NCBI RefSeq assembly: GCF_004010195.1
Contig: NC_057719.1
Location: 28,005,072-28,062,362, forward strand
DNA: 57,291 bases
From: Chiloscyllium plagiosum
Lineage: Eukaryota
Direction of reading: 5' to 3'
The notes under the pieces were generated by a model, which ran no database searches, was not told the origin of the DNA, and was given only the letters and a program-made list of their open reading frames with translations. Of the stretch, positions 12,836 to 24,942 are shown in pieces (position 1 is the stretch's first letter; every line of letters starts with the position of its first letter). A program made the translations under genes and the position numbers.

Positions 12836-15524
12836 GGTTGGCAAGTTCACAACTTGCAACAAAATAATCTTGGCAGGACATCAAGGGAGGGAGGGGAACA
12901 CCATGAAGCTACAAAAAATATGAAGAAGCCAATTTATTGCAATCTCATGCATCAAAGCTAAACTTTGGTGTTTGGGGCAGCAGCCTTAGCTCTTAAATTC
13001 CAGTTCAAATGGCTTTTAATCCCCTTTACAGTTCTCCTTCCAAGTGCAAAACTATTCTGTTCTCATAAGGTTCTGCGAGTCATGACTCTATAGTAATGAC
13101 CTTATAGCAGCTCTGTGGCAATTCCAGCTGCACTGTCATTTTTATTATTTGATTTATTCCATACTATTAAAGTAAATGAGAGGCCAGGAACCCTGTCATA
13201 GAGGTAGAATTTAATCTTGAAAAATTATATGATGCTCTTGGAATACTTGTGGTTTGGCCTGAAGTTTATGCCACCATCCAGCTCTTCCTCCAGACTCAGA
13301 ATTCAGCATTAACCATCCGACCTTCAGTATTTAATTAAAGTCCTGCCCCAAATTTTCATTCTGCCCTCATATGTACCATAACAGGGCATGCTTCACAGCA
13401 ATCAGAACAGAAAACCCGTCCCTTCCATTGATTTTCACAATCGCTTTATTTTTGTACAATGCTCAGAGTTGAGGATCTAGTTCCCATACCACCCCCCTCC
13501 GCTGTTTCTGCAGTTACGCTGCTTTTGTTAATGCAATGGGAGAGGAAACAAAAGGAAGAACATCTTTTCAAATAATATGATCAGAAATTTGTAATCAATC
13601 TCTTGGTGGGGTGTGGGAAACAGGAGGAATTTGACTTACCCACTTGATATTCTTTACAACCACCACTGCATAACTTCCTACCACTAGCACTGAAATAGAG
13701 GCAAACTTTTGCTAACCAGACTCGCATGTTGCAGTAGCATTGGAATGCCTGGTTCCTGAAATTCATAGTGCTCTGTGTGTCCGCAGTATAACAGCTACTC
13801 TTAACACTCTGAAGGAAAGACAAAACCATGGTCAGGTGTTCTCAAAGGCAGATAAAAGGTGCATGGTCAAGCACATAATCAGTTGAAGTTGAGAGGTCCT
13901 TCACTCTTCCAACTTTTCTTTTTCTCAAACGGATATTTGTTTGACGACTTATTTAATGGGAATTTTCCAGATAAACAGTCTGCTTGATCATCCTCTGTTA
14001 TGACCAGGCCCCAGGCAAGATTCTCTGATTTGTAGTCGTTCCAGCTGCCTCCCAAGTGAGGAGCGGTGAACTTGCTTTCCTTCCTAATACACCTACCTCT
14101 CTTGGTTGGTTGCAAGAAGGTTGAATTAAAAAGGACTCCTTCCCTTGTTGATGTCATTCTCCCAGAACAAATGAATTTAAGTTCTTAAAGGAGCCAATTT
14201 AACCATGTTTTTCCGAACTAACTAAATGCAATATGCATATTGGCACATTAGACATGGAAGCATGTCCAAGAAAGATAAAAATTTATTAAAATGTACAGTT
14301 TAGTCTCTGAGTTCTGTAAAGAGCAGAAAGTGTGATGTTTCATCTGTTACATTGTGTGATACTGGTTCCACTGATGTTGATAAATAGCAGCTGATTTTGA
14401 AATGCTTGGTTTTACACAGGACATCACAACCCAGTTTATTTTGACATCCTTCCCTCCCTTTGAAGGGCTGATATTTGAGACTCCCTTGGCAACTTTAGTT
14501 TCTGGATTCCTTTCCAGACAGTCCTGAATTCACAGTAATCACTTTTTTAAATAAAAAGTTGAAAAGTTTAATATGTCCGTAAGTAATTTGAGGTTCACAT
14601 CCATTGTCGTAACATCTCGTTTAATTTGAAAGAAGCTTGTTTCGCTACAGGGCTTGTAATACCTCTCTAACACAGCTGCTAAAACTTATAGTTCACTTAC
14701 TCCATGAGATGCACTTTCATTTCCTGATCTTTGAAGCCAGAACATGTTATACTTCCAGTACTTGGTATCTGGTAGACAACAATTCCCAGATGTTTGAAAT
14801 TCTCATGAATACACACTTTTATTATATCTCAATTTCTAATGCAACAGAAATGACATGCACCATTAGAGATTGAGAGAAAATAGCTATGGTCACATGGACA
14901 AAACTACACCAATGTAAAAGTGTCACATTTTTATCTAGAACAAATATACAGTGTGGAGTTATAAAAGGTCCTCAATGCAGTAAGATATACCAGGAGAGTT
15001 ACTAAATAAGATTTGACACCAAGCTACATAGGACATATTACTACAGGTTTTAGAGAGTGTCTTCAGGAAAGTGGGAGAGATTGAGAGGAAGGAAATATCT
15101 TAATTGCTAATCAAGAAATAGAGAAATAAAGAGCCAACACTGAACAGGAATATTTTCTAAAAGCTGAATGATGCTAATTTGGATATCAAACAGTAATTTG
15201 TGCTTTCACTTCAGGTTAATATCTGAAAATAATGAACACTTTGTTCAGTAACTCAATTCCTTTAGCGTCTTGCTCATTTACACATTATCCTTGTGGAAGT
15301 CTGAATTGTGGTTGTTTGGAGATTATGCCATCTAACTGGATAGTGTTCACATCTGACATCCACACACATACTTCCAGCATCATTAGAAACAAATACTTAC
15401 AGCTTGGATAGAGATTACTGGGACAATGTTAACCCTGTGTGAACTTGGGTCAGGGGTCAAATGATTTTTTAAAAAAAACTTCAAATACAAACCAGCCAGC
15501 GTTACACTCACTTGATGATTTCCA

Positions 15525-15790
15525 GTGATCTCTACCAGGGCCACCCAGCATTAGCCCCAATCTCCCCCTTCCCCACAGTGATTGCCCCAATTCTCCCCTC
15601 TGATCTTTCCATTCTCCCCCCAGTAATCTCCCCCACTTTCTCCTGTGATTCCCCCCACTCTCTATCCAGTGATCTCCCTCAAAATCCCCTGTGATCTCTC
15701 CCACTCTGCCCCCATTATCTCCTCCACTGTCCCCTGGGATTTCTATCACTCTTCCACAGTAATACCCCAATCCCCCTCCCCATGATCACC
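15525..15790. repeat. C-rich degenerate minisatellite (~20-bp unit, CCCCAGTGATCTCTCCCACT-like)
   Basis: Recurrent CAGTGAT/CTGTGAT cores separated by C/T tracts. Confidence 0.65.
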
Positions 15791-15794
15791 ACAT

Positions 15795-16454
15795 TAGTGG
15801 GTTTTGAGAGGATTTGCAGCTCATGTTGAGTAGTCTGAGTAGGACTGCTCAGACCCCTTGGCATCATGGTAGCCCACAAACCTACCAACACACTAAAACA
15901 GCAGTGAATGAACTTGAAAGACCCTATAAAGACAACAAACAAAACTAATGTTATTTAAAAAATACTGTGCAAGAACTGTAACAAACATTACATCAGACAA
16001 ACAGGCAGAAAACTAGCCACAAAACAACATGACCCTCTCTCACTAGCATCCTTACATACAGATAAGGAAGGACACCACTTTGACTGGGACAACACATTCA
16101 TCCTAGGACAAGCCAAACAGAGACATGCATGAGAATTCCTAGAAGCATGGCATTCCAACCAGAACTATCAACAAACACATTGAGTTAGACCCCATCTATC
16201 ACCCCCTGAGAAAAAGAACAGGACATGACATCGCCACAGGAAATGATGTCACCATAGGAAATGACATCACCAACCCAAATAAACTCAAACATATAAATAG
16301 AAAGCAGGTATTATCAACAGTGCTTCGCGTAGAGGCCCACTGAAGATGTTACCTAGTAGGGTGATGAAACATCTAGAAATGACCCTTTCAGGTCAACGAG
16401 CAAACCTACATCCAAAACCTCAACCTGAGCTACAAATCTTCTCAAAACTCGCTA
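15795..16454 (+). mobile_element. Penelope-like element (5'-truncated) with GIY-YIG endonuclease remnant and inverted terminal pLTR piece
   Basis: Translation LRPLGIMVAHKPTNTL..NVI*KILCKNCNKHYIRQTGRKLAT..FDWDNTFILGQ..EFLEAWHS; hammerhead core 16340-16373; 15795-15830 is an inverted copy of 16419-16454. Confidence 0.9.
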
Positions 16455-17129
16455 TTTGTAATGTTAATTTAGTGTGCAGTTATGTCACACTTCAGTTGAA
16501 ATATCATAGTAATCAAATTATGGATTTAATAACAAGGTACTCTTGAGTGAAAGAAAGAGGAATTTCATTACTGAACAACTTGGAAAAGAATAATAAAATG
16601 TGACATCAAATACATACACACAATCACAGGTACCTTGTTTAAAAAAGAGAAATTTAATACAAAAAGGACAACCAAAAAATCAGTAGTTTAAAATAAAAGT
16701 TCTTACTGTCCCTGAAATGTTATGAATTAACCTGAGACCACATTAGTTAATCAATGTCTCGTATCCTCAACAGTGGTGAAATATGTCAATATCTTCTGAT
16801 GAAAGAATGCTTCTTCAATTTGCTTTATCATCAGATGCTGTTTTTTGAGAGGCTGAGGGAAACAGGGAGCGAGAGAGCAAGTTACAAATCAATTTTTCTT
16901 GCCTCTTTGTTCAAAAGCCGAAATACAATTCATTTACGTGTTCCCATGTCAGGCACTGCCGATTTTGTTTTAACTCTATAATCTGCTGGTAACTTGCATC
17001 CAAATGTACAGAACTTTCAGAAAAGTGTATACTAACTAAAAACCTCTTTTGTCCATTATTGTATTCAAGTTAGATAATGGAGGTTGAAAAAGGATCATCC
17101 ATTTTTATCACGATCATAAGATTGTTTAA

Positions 17130-17340
17130 TTATAATCATGATTAGAACTTGTGAGATATTTGCTGAACATCAGCTGGAATATTGTATACAATTCTGCAGG
17201 TCACACAATTGAAAGGATGTGAATGTAATAGAAAAGGTGCAAATAAGATTTACAAAAGTGATTAAAGGGATGTTATACTTCAATATGACAATAGATTGCA
17301 GAGGTTGATACTGTCCTACTCAGAGAAAGAAGACTAAAAT
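17130..17340 (+). mobile_element. Old CR1 RT fragment
   Basis: QLEYCIQF..SHN*KDVNVIEKVQIRFTK motif. Confidence 0.65.
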
Positions 17341-17559
17341 GAAAACATCCGACTTATCATGGCCAATCTCAGACTGACTCATAATATAGTTTAGTGCTTC
17401 ATTACTGCACTTTGCAGCTCTCTAATAGCTAACATTACAATGCTCCTGCCAGGTCACTGTGTGTGCAGGGGCACACACAATATCTGCACAGAGTGCAACT
17501 CATGGCTCTTAGCTTGGTTTCTCAGTGCCCAGTCATTTAGCTGTTACTTGGATGCTCAT

Positions 17560-18050
17560 AGCATCTCCACCTTGATGTGCCTTTTAGTGCATTGGCAGCT
17601 AATTGAAAACTTGCAGGCTCACAGTATCTCTGGCATGATTTACTTCATAGTACAAAAATAAAGCCAGGCTGCTTATCACAGGATTTGGCAGTATTGAACA
17701 GTCAAGGAAGTGGACATGTGGCTGTATGGCACTGTGCCACGTCAACATCAAAGCCACAGTTCGTGCCAGAAGTTTATATGGAAACACACCACATGTGTCC
17801 CCAGCCATGTCGAAAAGGCTGAGGGGAGTGGTCTTTAAAGGAATGAGAGGGGATTATGGTCAGACAGTGGGTGCTGCAACACTAAATCTAGGGTTTCATC
17901 CAAACACAGTCCATAGACTTATACGTGGATAATCAGGTGCTTGGTAAGAGCAAGGTCTGAGGATCTATCTCTGTCCAGTCCAGACAGAATGCATTGCACA
18001 ATTATGACATGCTTTGCTCTGCTCAGCTGGAGCAGGGAAAGAGGTTAGAT
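17560..18050 (+). mobile_element. Highly degenerate Harbinger/HARBI1-type DDE transposase relic
   Basis: Translated patches GFGSI..CHVNIKA (cf. GF..GAIDCTHVAIKAP) and IRCL..S..LSSPDR..IMTCFALLSWSRERG (cf. FRCLD.SGG.LQYSP..I.ACC.LHN). Confidence 0.5.
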
Positions 18051-18211
18051 GGTGGATGCCAAGCAACAACAATCTTCCAAACAGGAGCATCAGGACATTG
18101 ATTAGGAGGAAGATCATTCTCAGCACGACAGAGGTTGCAAGAAGCCAGACAAAACTTAATTGATATCCACTTACAAGAGTTATGACTTGGGTGAAGATAT
18201 CATTCAGAACT

Positions 18212-18563
18212 ATAGAATAGAATTCCTACTGTGAAGATAGAGGCTGTTCAGCCATCATCTCTACACTGACTTCTGAGCAGTATTCCACCCAGACCTCCAC
18301 CTCCCCCTCTGTCCTTGCATTTCCCATGACCAATCCAGCTAGCCTGCATATTGCTGGACACTACGGGTCAATTTTTAGCATGGCTGATCAATCTAACCTG
18401 CATATCTCTGGATTGTGGGAGGAATCCGGAGCACCCGGAGGAAACCCCACAGACACGGGGAGAACGTGCAAACTTCACACAGACAACCACCTGAGGCTGT
18501 AATCAAACCCGGGTCCCTTGTGTTGTGAGGCAGCAGTGCTAACCACTGAGTTACCATGCCACC
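18212..18563 (-). mobile_element. HE1-type SINE, full length
   Basis: Minus strand starts GGGTGGCATGGTAACTCAGTGGTTAGCACTGCTGCCTCACA (tRNA-like A box) with B-box-like GGTTTGATTAC; tail near 18212. Confidence 0.9.
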
Positions 18564-18677
18564 CATTTCTCATTTTCAAAAAGTGTAAGCAGTCCCTGTT
18601 TAGTGGCAGGAACAAATATAGCTTCTCCATTTGGCAGTTCTTCATCTTTTCTGTTGAGCAATACATGTTAACTGTAA

Positions 18678-18819
18678 CTGGATTAGTGGTGCTGGAAGAG
18701 CACAGCAGTTCAGGCAGCATCCGAGGAGCTCCTCGGATGCTACCTGAACTGCTGTGCTCTTCCAGCACCACTAACCCAGAATCTGGTTTCCAGCATCTGC
18801 AGTCATTGATTTTACCTAC
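18678..18819. mobile_element. PLE pLTR insertion forming a loopless palindrome
   Basis: 51-bp arms 18678-18728 / 18729-18779 (2 mismatches); 13-bp TSD GTTAACTGTAACT at 18667-18679 and 18820-18832. Confidence 0.85.
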
Positions 18820-19559
18820 GTTAACTGTAACTACTGTATGAATACTTTATAACATCTGCTGTTCCAGCATCGAAGAATGAGAACACTGCATGCACTGATG
18901 GACATGATGGAAACATGTAGCAGGCATTCAGACAAGATTGCAACATCATAAAGCATTCAGGTAAGTTAGTTTCTGAGGCTTCATTCATGATCCTATGATC
19001 ATTATCAAATCCTCCTTATACACCATTGTTTTTCAGCCTTCAGGGTCTGCAAGAATCTCATGCTGAAGTACACTTTGCCACAATATTTAAAGTGAAAGAA
19101 GCTGCACTTCCAGCATCTTTTTGCCCCTGAACAATGTGTTATAATGCAGGGTTTAAATGCTAAAAGATCACCGGATATCACCCATCCTTGAAAGAGTGTG
19201 TACATAATACACCAGTAGAGTCAAGCCTTACCTCCTGACAAGTGTGTTTGCTTGAATGATTACATACAGTCCCAAAGATAACGACTGTAAGTATGAAGCA
19301 TGAGTGGAGACATGGCCCTATTACAAAGCCTTCACATTATTAGTGATCTCCTCATTAAAATGCTAACTCTTGGCCTCATTCATTAACACCAGGATTAAGG
19401 GATATCTAAAATCTGCTGCTTTCTAGGATGTTTCTTGGAGATGAGCAATGCTTCTCCAGCAGGGGAAGTGAGGAGGAGGTGGACAAGAGTCTTTAAGTGG
19501 AGATGCTGCATGCAATGCTGAGAGTGGTAGACAATTAGCTTTACTGAGACTTGGTTGGG

Positions 19560-19800
19560 TGATAGAGTGAGTGTGAGATAGCAGAGAGAAGATGGTGGCA
19601 TTCTTGTGGAGTGCAGAAAGTTGGGTTGCTGTGTATTCCTCTTGGTACAAGAAATGGCACTGGGCTGAGTCCCTCTCCCTGGGTGAAGGAGGCATGGTCA
19701 CAGGTAGGAGGATGACCCTCCTCTCCAACAGCCTTTTACCAAAGCTGGGTGCCCTTAGTGGTGATAGTTGAGCACCACAGGGTGAAGGGCAATCCCTAAC
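19560..19800 (-). mobile_element. Degenerate Harbinger-type Myb/SANT-like gene relic
   Basis: APSFGKRLLERRVILLP and, in another frame, SAISCTKRNTQQ..NFLHSTR resemble the Myb/SANT-like domain of Harbinger ORF1. Confidence 0.5.
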
Positions 19801-19883
19801 TTGCTGCATTTGAAGTGCTCTGCACAACTGAAGTTTAAATGTGGCACCCATGGGCATGATCATTGGAAAACTTCAGCAGCTGA

Positions 19884-20326
19884 GAGTTATAGAGATGTAC
19901 AGCACGGAAACAGACCCTTCAGTCCAATTCGTCCATGCTGACCTGATATCCTTACCTAATCTAGTCCCATTTGCCAGCACTTGGCCCATATCCCTATAAA
20001 CCCTTCCTATTCATATATCCACCCAGATGCCTTTTAAATGTTGTAATTGGACCAGTCTTTCTCTGGCAGCTCATTCCGTACACGTACCACCCTCTGTGTG
20101 AATAGGTTGCCCCTTAGGTCCCTTTTATATCTTTCCCCTCTCACCCTAAACCTATGCCCTCTAATTCTGGACTCCCCCTAACCAGGGAAAAGACCTTGTC
20201 TATTTATCCTATCCATGCCCCTCATGATTTTATAAACTTCTATTAAGTCACCCCTCAGCCTCTGATGCTCCAGGGAAAATAGCCCCAGGCTATTCAACTT
20301 GTCAATATAGCTCAAACCCTCCAACC
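19884..20326 (-). mobile_element. CR1 LINE 3' fragment
   Basis: Reverse complement closely matches 50442-50948; (GAGTTATA) tail at left. Confidence 0.9.
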
Positions 20327-22235
20327 AGTAGGCACTTGCACATTTACCATCATGGATGGAACAGGGAGAGCACCAAGGAGCCTGGGTGCATAAACACTAC
20401 AGTGAACAGCAGAGGATTGCTGGGGAAAGGTCACTAAGTCCACAGAAAGTAACGCTCCATGAAAACGAAATGGACAAAAATGGGAATTGCCCAATGTGTA
20501 TGTGCAGATTGTTTGCAAAGGGATAGCAGTTAGAACATTGGAATTGTCCCCATTTCAGATCTATACTCCTCTACTCCCAACTGAATGACAACAATTATTG
20601 ATCACTTCCCTTTCCTAAGGTCATGGATTCATTGCTACCTTTTACAGCAGGCTTTCATTATATTAACCAACTGTATTGGAGTGAAGACTTATTTCACTGA
20701 ACATAGACCTGCAAAATGTATAGCCATTTGTGGTACCCGTGTTCCAAGATTTCTGTTTAGAGATTCCAGCCTGCATATTCTCCAGCAAATACTTGATCTA
20801 ATTAGAATTTTGAAAAGTGCTGATTTTTAAAAACATAATTTCCCACTTTCCTGAATGCATCATTCTGTGACAGGGTCTCACGGGTGACTAGCAGAGTTCA
20901 AGAGCCTGCCTCCTTTGTAACTCAAAACCATGAATGGAATGGAGCAACACATTTCGGCCGGAGTCATTAGGTCATCATTCGGAACACCAGGTTTAATTCC
21001 TTTCCCAGCTCAGACTCTCTGAAACTGACTATCATGCCCCTTGGCCGGTGAGATCAGCTATCAGCACACATTAGAAAAAATTCGTACTGACACTGTCTTG
21101 ACAACTATGACGCAGCTGCTGTTTGTACAACACACTTAGTCAGCCACGGGCAGGGCTGCTAAGTAACTTTATCTTTTTTAAAAATTATATCATTTCTTCG
21201 AGACATTAGCAGTGATTTACATTGTGTCAGTGCAAGGACATGCTGGAAAGCATTCCTCAGACGTTCCAGTGCTGAAATTGGCTCTTTAAAAAGATACTCT
21301 TCTCAGAGCAGTGTGTATTGTTAGGAAAATGAAATAATGAGCAGCATAATTCTCCTGGTCCTGTGTAAGCAACAAGTTCAATGTCACACTAACATTAAAC
21401 GAGGTTGTTTGGCTGCCAAGCTTACTTTGTTCGATCAGGAAGCAATGATAAGCCTCCTTTACAGCGTCCTCAAAATCCCCTAATGTGAGTTAAGACAAAC
21501 AATCATTGCAGCTAACTACTGTGACAATTCGATTCTTCTCAGGTTCTGACCCTAGCAAGCAAAAGTGTGAAATTGTATTATTGAAATTGTTCAGTACGAT
21601 AATGACCTGGCACCTGGGCAATAGACAAAAATGTTCCGTCTCATTAAACTTCACGTTTTGTTGTCAATGCAGGCAGATGATTACTCGACTATGCGGCTGG
21701 AGTTGGGCTACTCCCTAAAAGTGGGGAAAACAGTCATTAAGCAGACTGGTTTCATTAAACAGACTGGTTTTACAAGTCATTGCTGTTTGTATTTCATTGT
21801 TTTAGGGGATCGAGGCAGTTGACTTTTTCTGGTTCGTCATGATTCATTTGGACCCTTATGTTGCAACTGGATTCCAAAGGAAGGCGTTTATATGCAATTA
21901 CTACCCTTTCCTGGTTGCATAGACATTGCATACACTGAGCCTCTGGCAGCCCTCACTATGTGGAAATCCAGATTCACTGCACAATATTTTATATTCATCT
22001 GGATCCTTCACAAGGTCTTGAAGCTGTGGCATGCGCATTTGGTTCCTTTTCGTCTTGTTGGCAAGGGCATTTGTGAGCATTTCTCCTGCAAGTGTGATTT
22101 GCCACTATCCTGGGCTCACCTGCTGCTGTGATACCAAACCTCCTAATGCAGACCACGTAGGCCCATTCAATCATTTTGTGTGCCTCTCTATAAGCATTGG
22201 ACTATGAGATGGGCCCTACTAACTTTCAATGACTT

Positions 22236-22525
22236 GGGCGGCATGGCGGCACAGTGGTTAGCACTGCTGCCTCACAGCGCCAGAGACCTGGGTTCGAATC
22301 CCACCTCAGGCGACTGACTGTGTGGAGTTTGCACATTCTCTCCGAGTCTGTGTGGGTTTCCTCTGGGTGCTCCAGTTTCCTCCCACAGTCCAAAAACGTG
22401 CAGGTTAAGTGAATTGGCCATACTAAATTGCCTGTAGTGTTAGGTGAAGGGGTAAACGTAGGGGAATGGGTCTGGGTGGACTTGTTGGGCTGAAGGGTCT
22501 GTTTCCACACTGTAAGCAATCTAAT
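22236..22525 (+). mobile_element. HE1-type SINE, full length
   Basis: tRNA-derived head GGGCGGCATGGCGGCACAGTGGTTAGCACTGCTGCCTCACAGCGCCAGAGACCTGGGTTCGAATCCC (A and B boxes); CR1-derived tail. Confidence 0.92.
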
Positions 22526-22642
22526 TATTTTGATTTTGGAGCAGGTTCTGCAAAGTTTCTGCAAGCAACCTCCATCTGGCAGGGGATGTTGCTGCATTGT
22601 TCCATGGAGGGCAGAGAATTTAGTAACAGAAGCAAAGTACTG

Positions 22643-24942
22643 CAGCCCTCCACCGCATCTCCTCCACATCCCGCTCCTCCGCCCTTGAGCCCCGCCCCTC
22701 CAACCGCCACCTGGACAGAACCCCATTGGTCCTCACCTACCACTCCACCAACCTCCATATACAGCGTATCATCCGCCGTCATTTCTGCCACCTCCAAACG
22801 GACCCCACCACCAGGGTTATATTTCCCTCCCCGAAAAGACCACTCCCCCGTCGTGTTGCTATGGTCTGGCGGTGGAGGAGTCCAAGGACCTGCATGTCCT
22901 TGGTGGAGTGGGAGGGGGAGTTGAAGTGTTGAGCCACCCCCCTCCCACTCCACCAAGGACATGCAGGTCCTTGGACTCCTCCATCGCCAGACCATAGCAA
23001 CACGACGGTTGGAGGAAGAGCGCCTCATCTTCCACCTAGGAACCCTCCAACCACAGGGGATGAACTCAGATTTCTCCAGCTTCCTCATTTCCCCTCCCCC
23101 CACCTTATCTCAGTCCCAACCCCTGGATTCAGCACCACCCTCTTGACCTGCAATCCTCTTCCTGACCTCTACGCCCCCACCCCTGATGAGGGTGTCGCGG
23201 AATGAGTGGTCTCTCTGGAATGCTGATACGTGTGGAGAGGGAAATATATCCCTGGTGGTGGGGTCTGTTTGGAGGTGGCAGAAATGACGGAGAGTGATAC
23301 AATGTATCTGGAGGTGCGGGGGTGAGGACAAGTGGGGTTCTGTCCTGGTGGCAATTGGAGGGGCGGGGTTCAAGGGCGGAGGTGTGGGAAGTGGAGGAGA
23401 TGCGGTGGAGAGCATCGTCGACCACGTCGGAGGGAAAATTGCAGTATTTGAAGAAGGAGACCATTTGGGCTGTTCGGTAGTGGAATTGGTCCTCCTGGGA
23501 GCAGATGCAGCGGAGGCGAAGGAATTGGGAATATGGGATGGCATTTTTACAGGGAGCAGGTTGGGACGATGTGTAATCAGGTAGCTTGGGAATTGGTTGG
23601 TTTGTAGTAAATGTCTGTGTTCAGTTGGTCGCCCGAGATAGAAATGGAGAGGTCTAGGAAGGGGAGAGAGGAGTCTGAGATGGTCCAGGTAAATTTGAGT
23701 TCGGGGTGGAAGGTGTTAGTAAAGTGGAAGAACTGTTCAACCTCCTTGTGGGAGCAGAAAATAGCGCCAATATAATCATCGATGTAGCGGAGGAAAAGGT
23801 GGGGGATGGTGCCAGTGCAGCTGCGGAAGATGGACTGTTCCACATATTTGGAGGAAGTAGGAGGATTGGAAAGAGAGTTGAAACTTTATTGCTGGAACAG
23901 CACAGCAGGTCAGGCAGCATCCAGGATTGGAAAGAGAAGTTGTTAAGAGTGAGGACCAGTTCAGTCAGTCGAAGGAAGGTGTCAGTGGAAGGGTACTGGT
24001 TGGGTCGGCTGGACAGGAAGAAGCAGAGGGCTTGAAGGCCTTCGTGTTGGGGGATGGAAGTGTATTTTGGAGGAAGTGGGAGGACTGGAAGGAGAAGTTG
24101 TTAAGAGTGAGGACCAGTTCAGTCAGTCGAAGGAGGGTGTCAGTGGAAGGGTACTGGTTGGTTCGGCGAGAGAGGTTTGGAGGAAGTGGGAGGATTGGAA
24201 GGAGAAGTTGTTAAGAGTGAGGACCAGTTCGATCAGGTCCACACCCCCCACCAACCCAACCTTCACTCCCGACACCTTCCCCTGCAACCGAAGAAGTGCA
24301 AAACTTGCGCCCACACCTCCCCCCTCACTTCCCTTCAAGGCCCCAAAGGATCCTTCCATATCTGTTGCAAATTCACCTGCACCTCCATACACATCATTTA
24401 CTGTGTCCGCTGCACCCGATGTGGCCTCCTCTACATTGGGGAGACAGGCTGCCTACTTGTGGAATGTTTCACGGAACACCTCTGGGACACCCCACCAACC
24501 AACCCAACCGCCCTGTGGCTGAACACCTTAGCTCCCCCTCTCACTCTGCCAAGGACATGCAGGTCCTTGGCCTCCTCCATCGCCAGAACCTGGCCACACG
24601 ACGCCTGGAGGAAGAGCACCTCAGGTTCCGCCGAGGAACCCTCCAAACACATGGGATGAATGTAGATTTCTCCAGCCTCATTTCTCCTCCCCCCACCTTA
24701 TCTCAGTCCCAACCCCCGGATTCAGCACCGCCTTCTTGACCTCTCCGCCCCCACCCCCTCTCCGGCCTATCACCCTCACCTCCTTCCACCTATTTTATTC
24801 CCAGCACCCCTCCCCAAATTCCCCCCCTCCCCTCACATTTTANNNNNNNNCTGCTTCTCGGATGTTGCCTGGCCTGCTGTGCATTTCCAGCACCACACTT
24901 TTCAACTCTGGTCTCCAGCATCTGCAGTCCTCACTTTCTCCT
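22643..24942. mobile_element. Rearranged cluster of Penelope-like element fragments in both orientations
   Basis: PLE RT LFLRYIDDYIG..LPFLDLSI..DIYYKPT (23843-23577, minus); GIY-YIG IIYCVRCTRCGLLYIGETG (24177-24659, plus); C-terminal LEEERLIFHLGTLQPQGMN (22961-23146); internal inverted and tandem duplications. Confidence 0.9.
24843..24850. other. Assembly gap (8 N)
   Basis: Run of N in the sequence. Confidence 1.

Noticed and set aside
13879..14157. 92-aa ATG-initiated ORF on the minus strand
   Set aside because: No recognisable domain, weak acceptor context, and length within chance expectation.
22236..22310. tRNA-like sequence with A and B boxes
   Set aside because: It is the head of an HE1-type SINE, continues into SINE body and tail, and recurs several times; not a tRNA gene.
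22226..23544. Long ORFs of 144-192 aa in a GC-rich region
   Set aside because: Alternative-frame or antisense readings of SINE and Penelope fragments.
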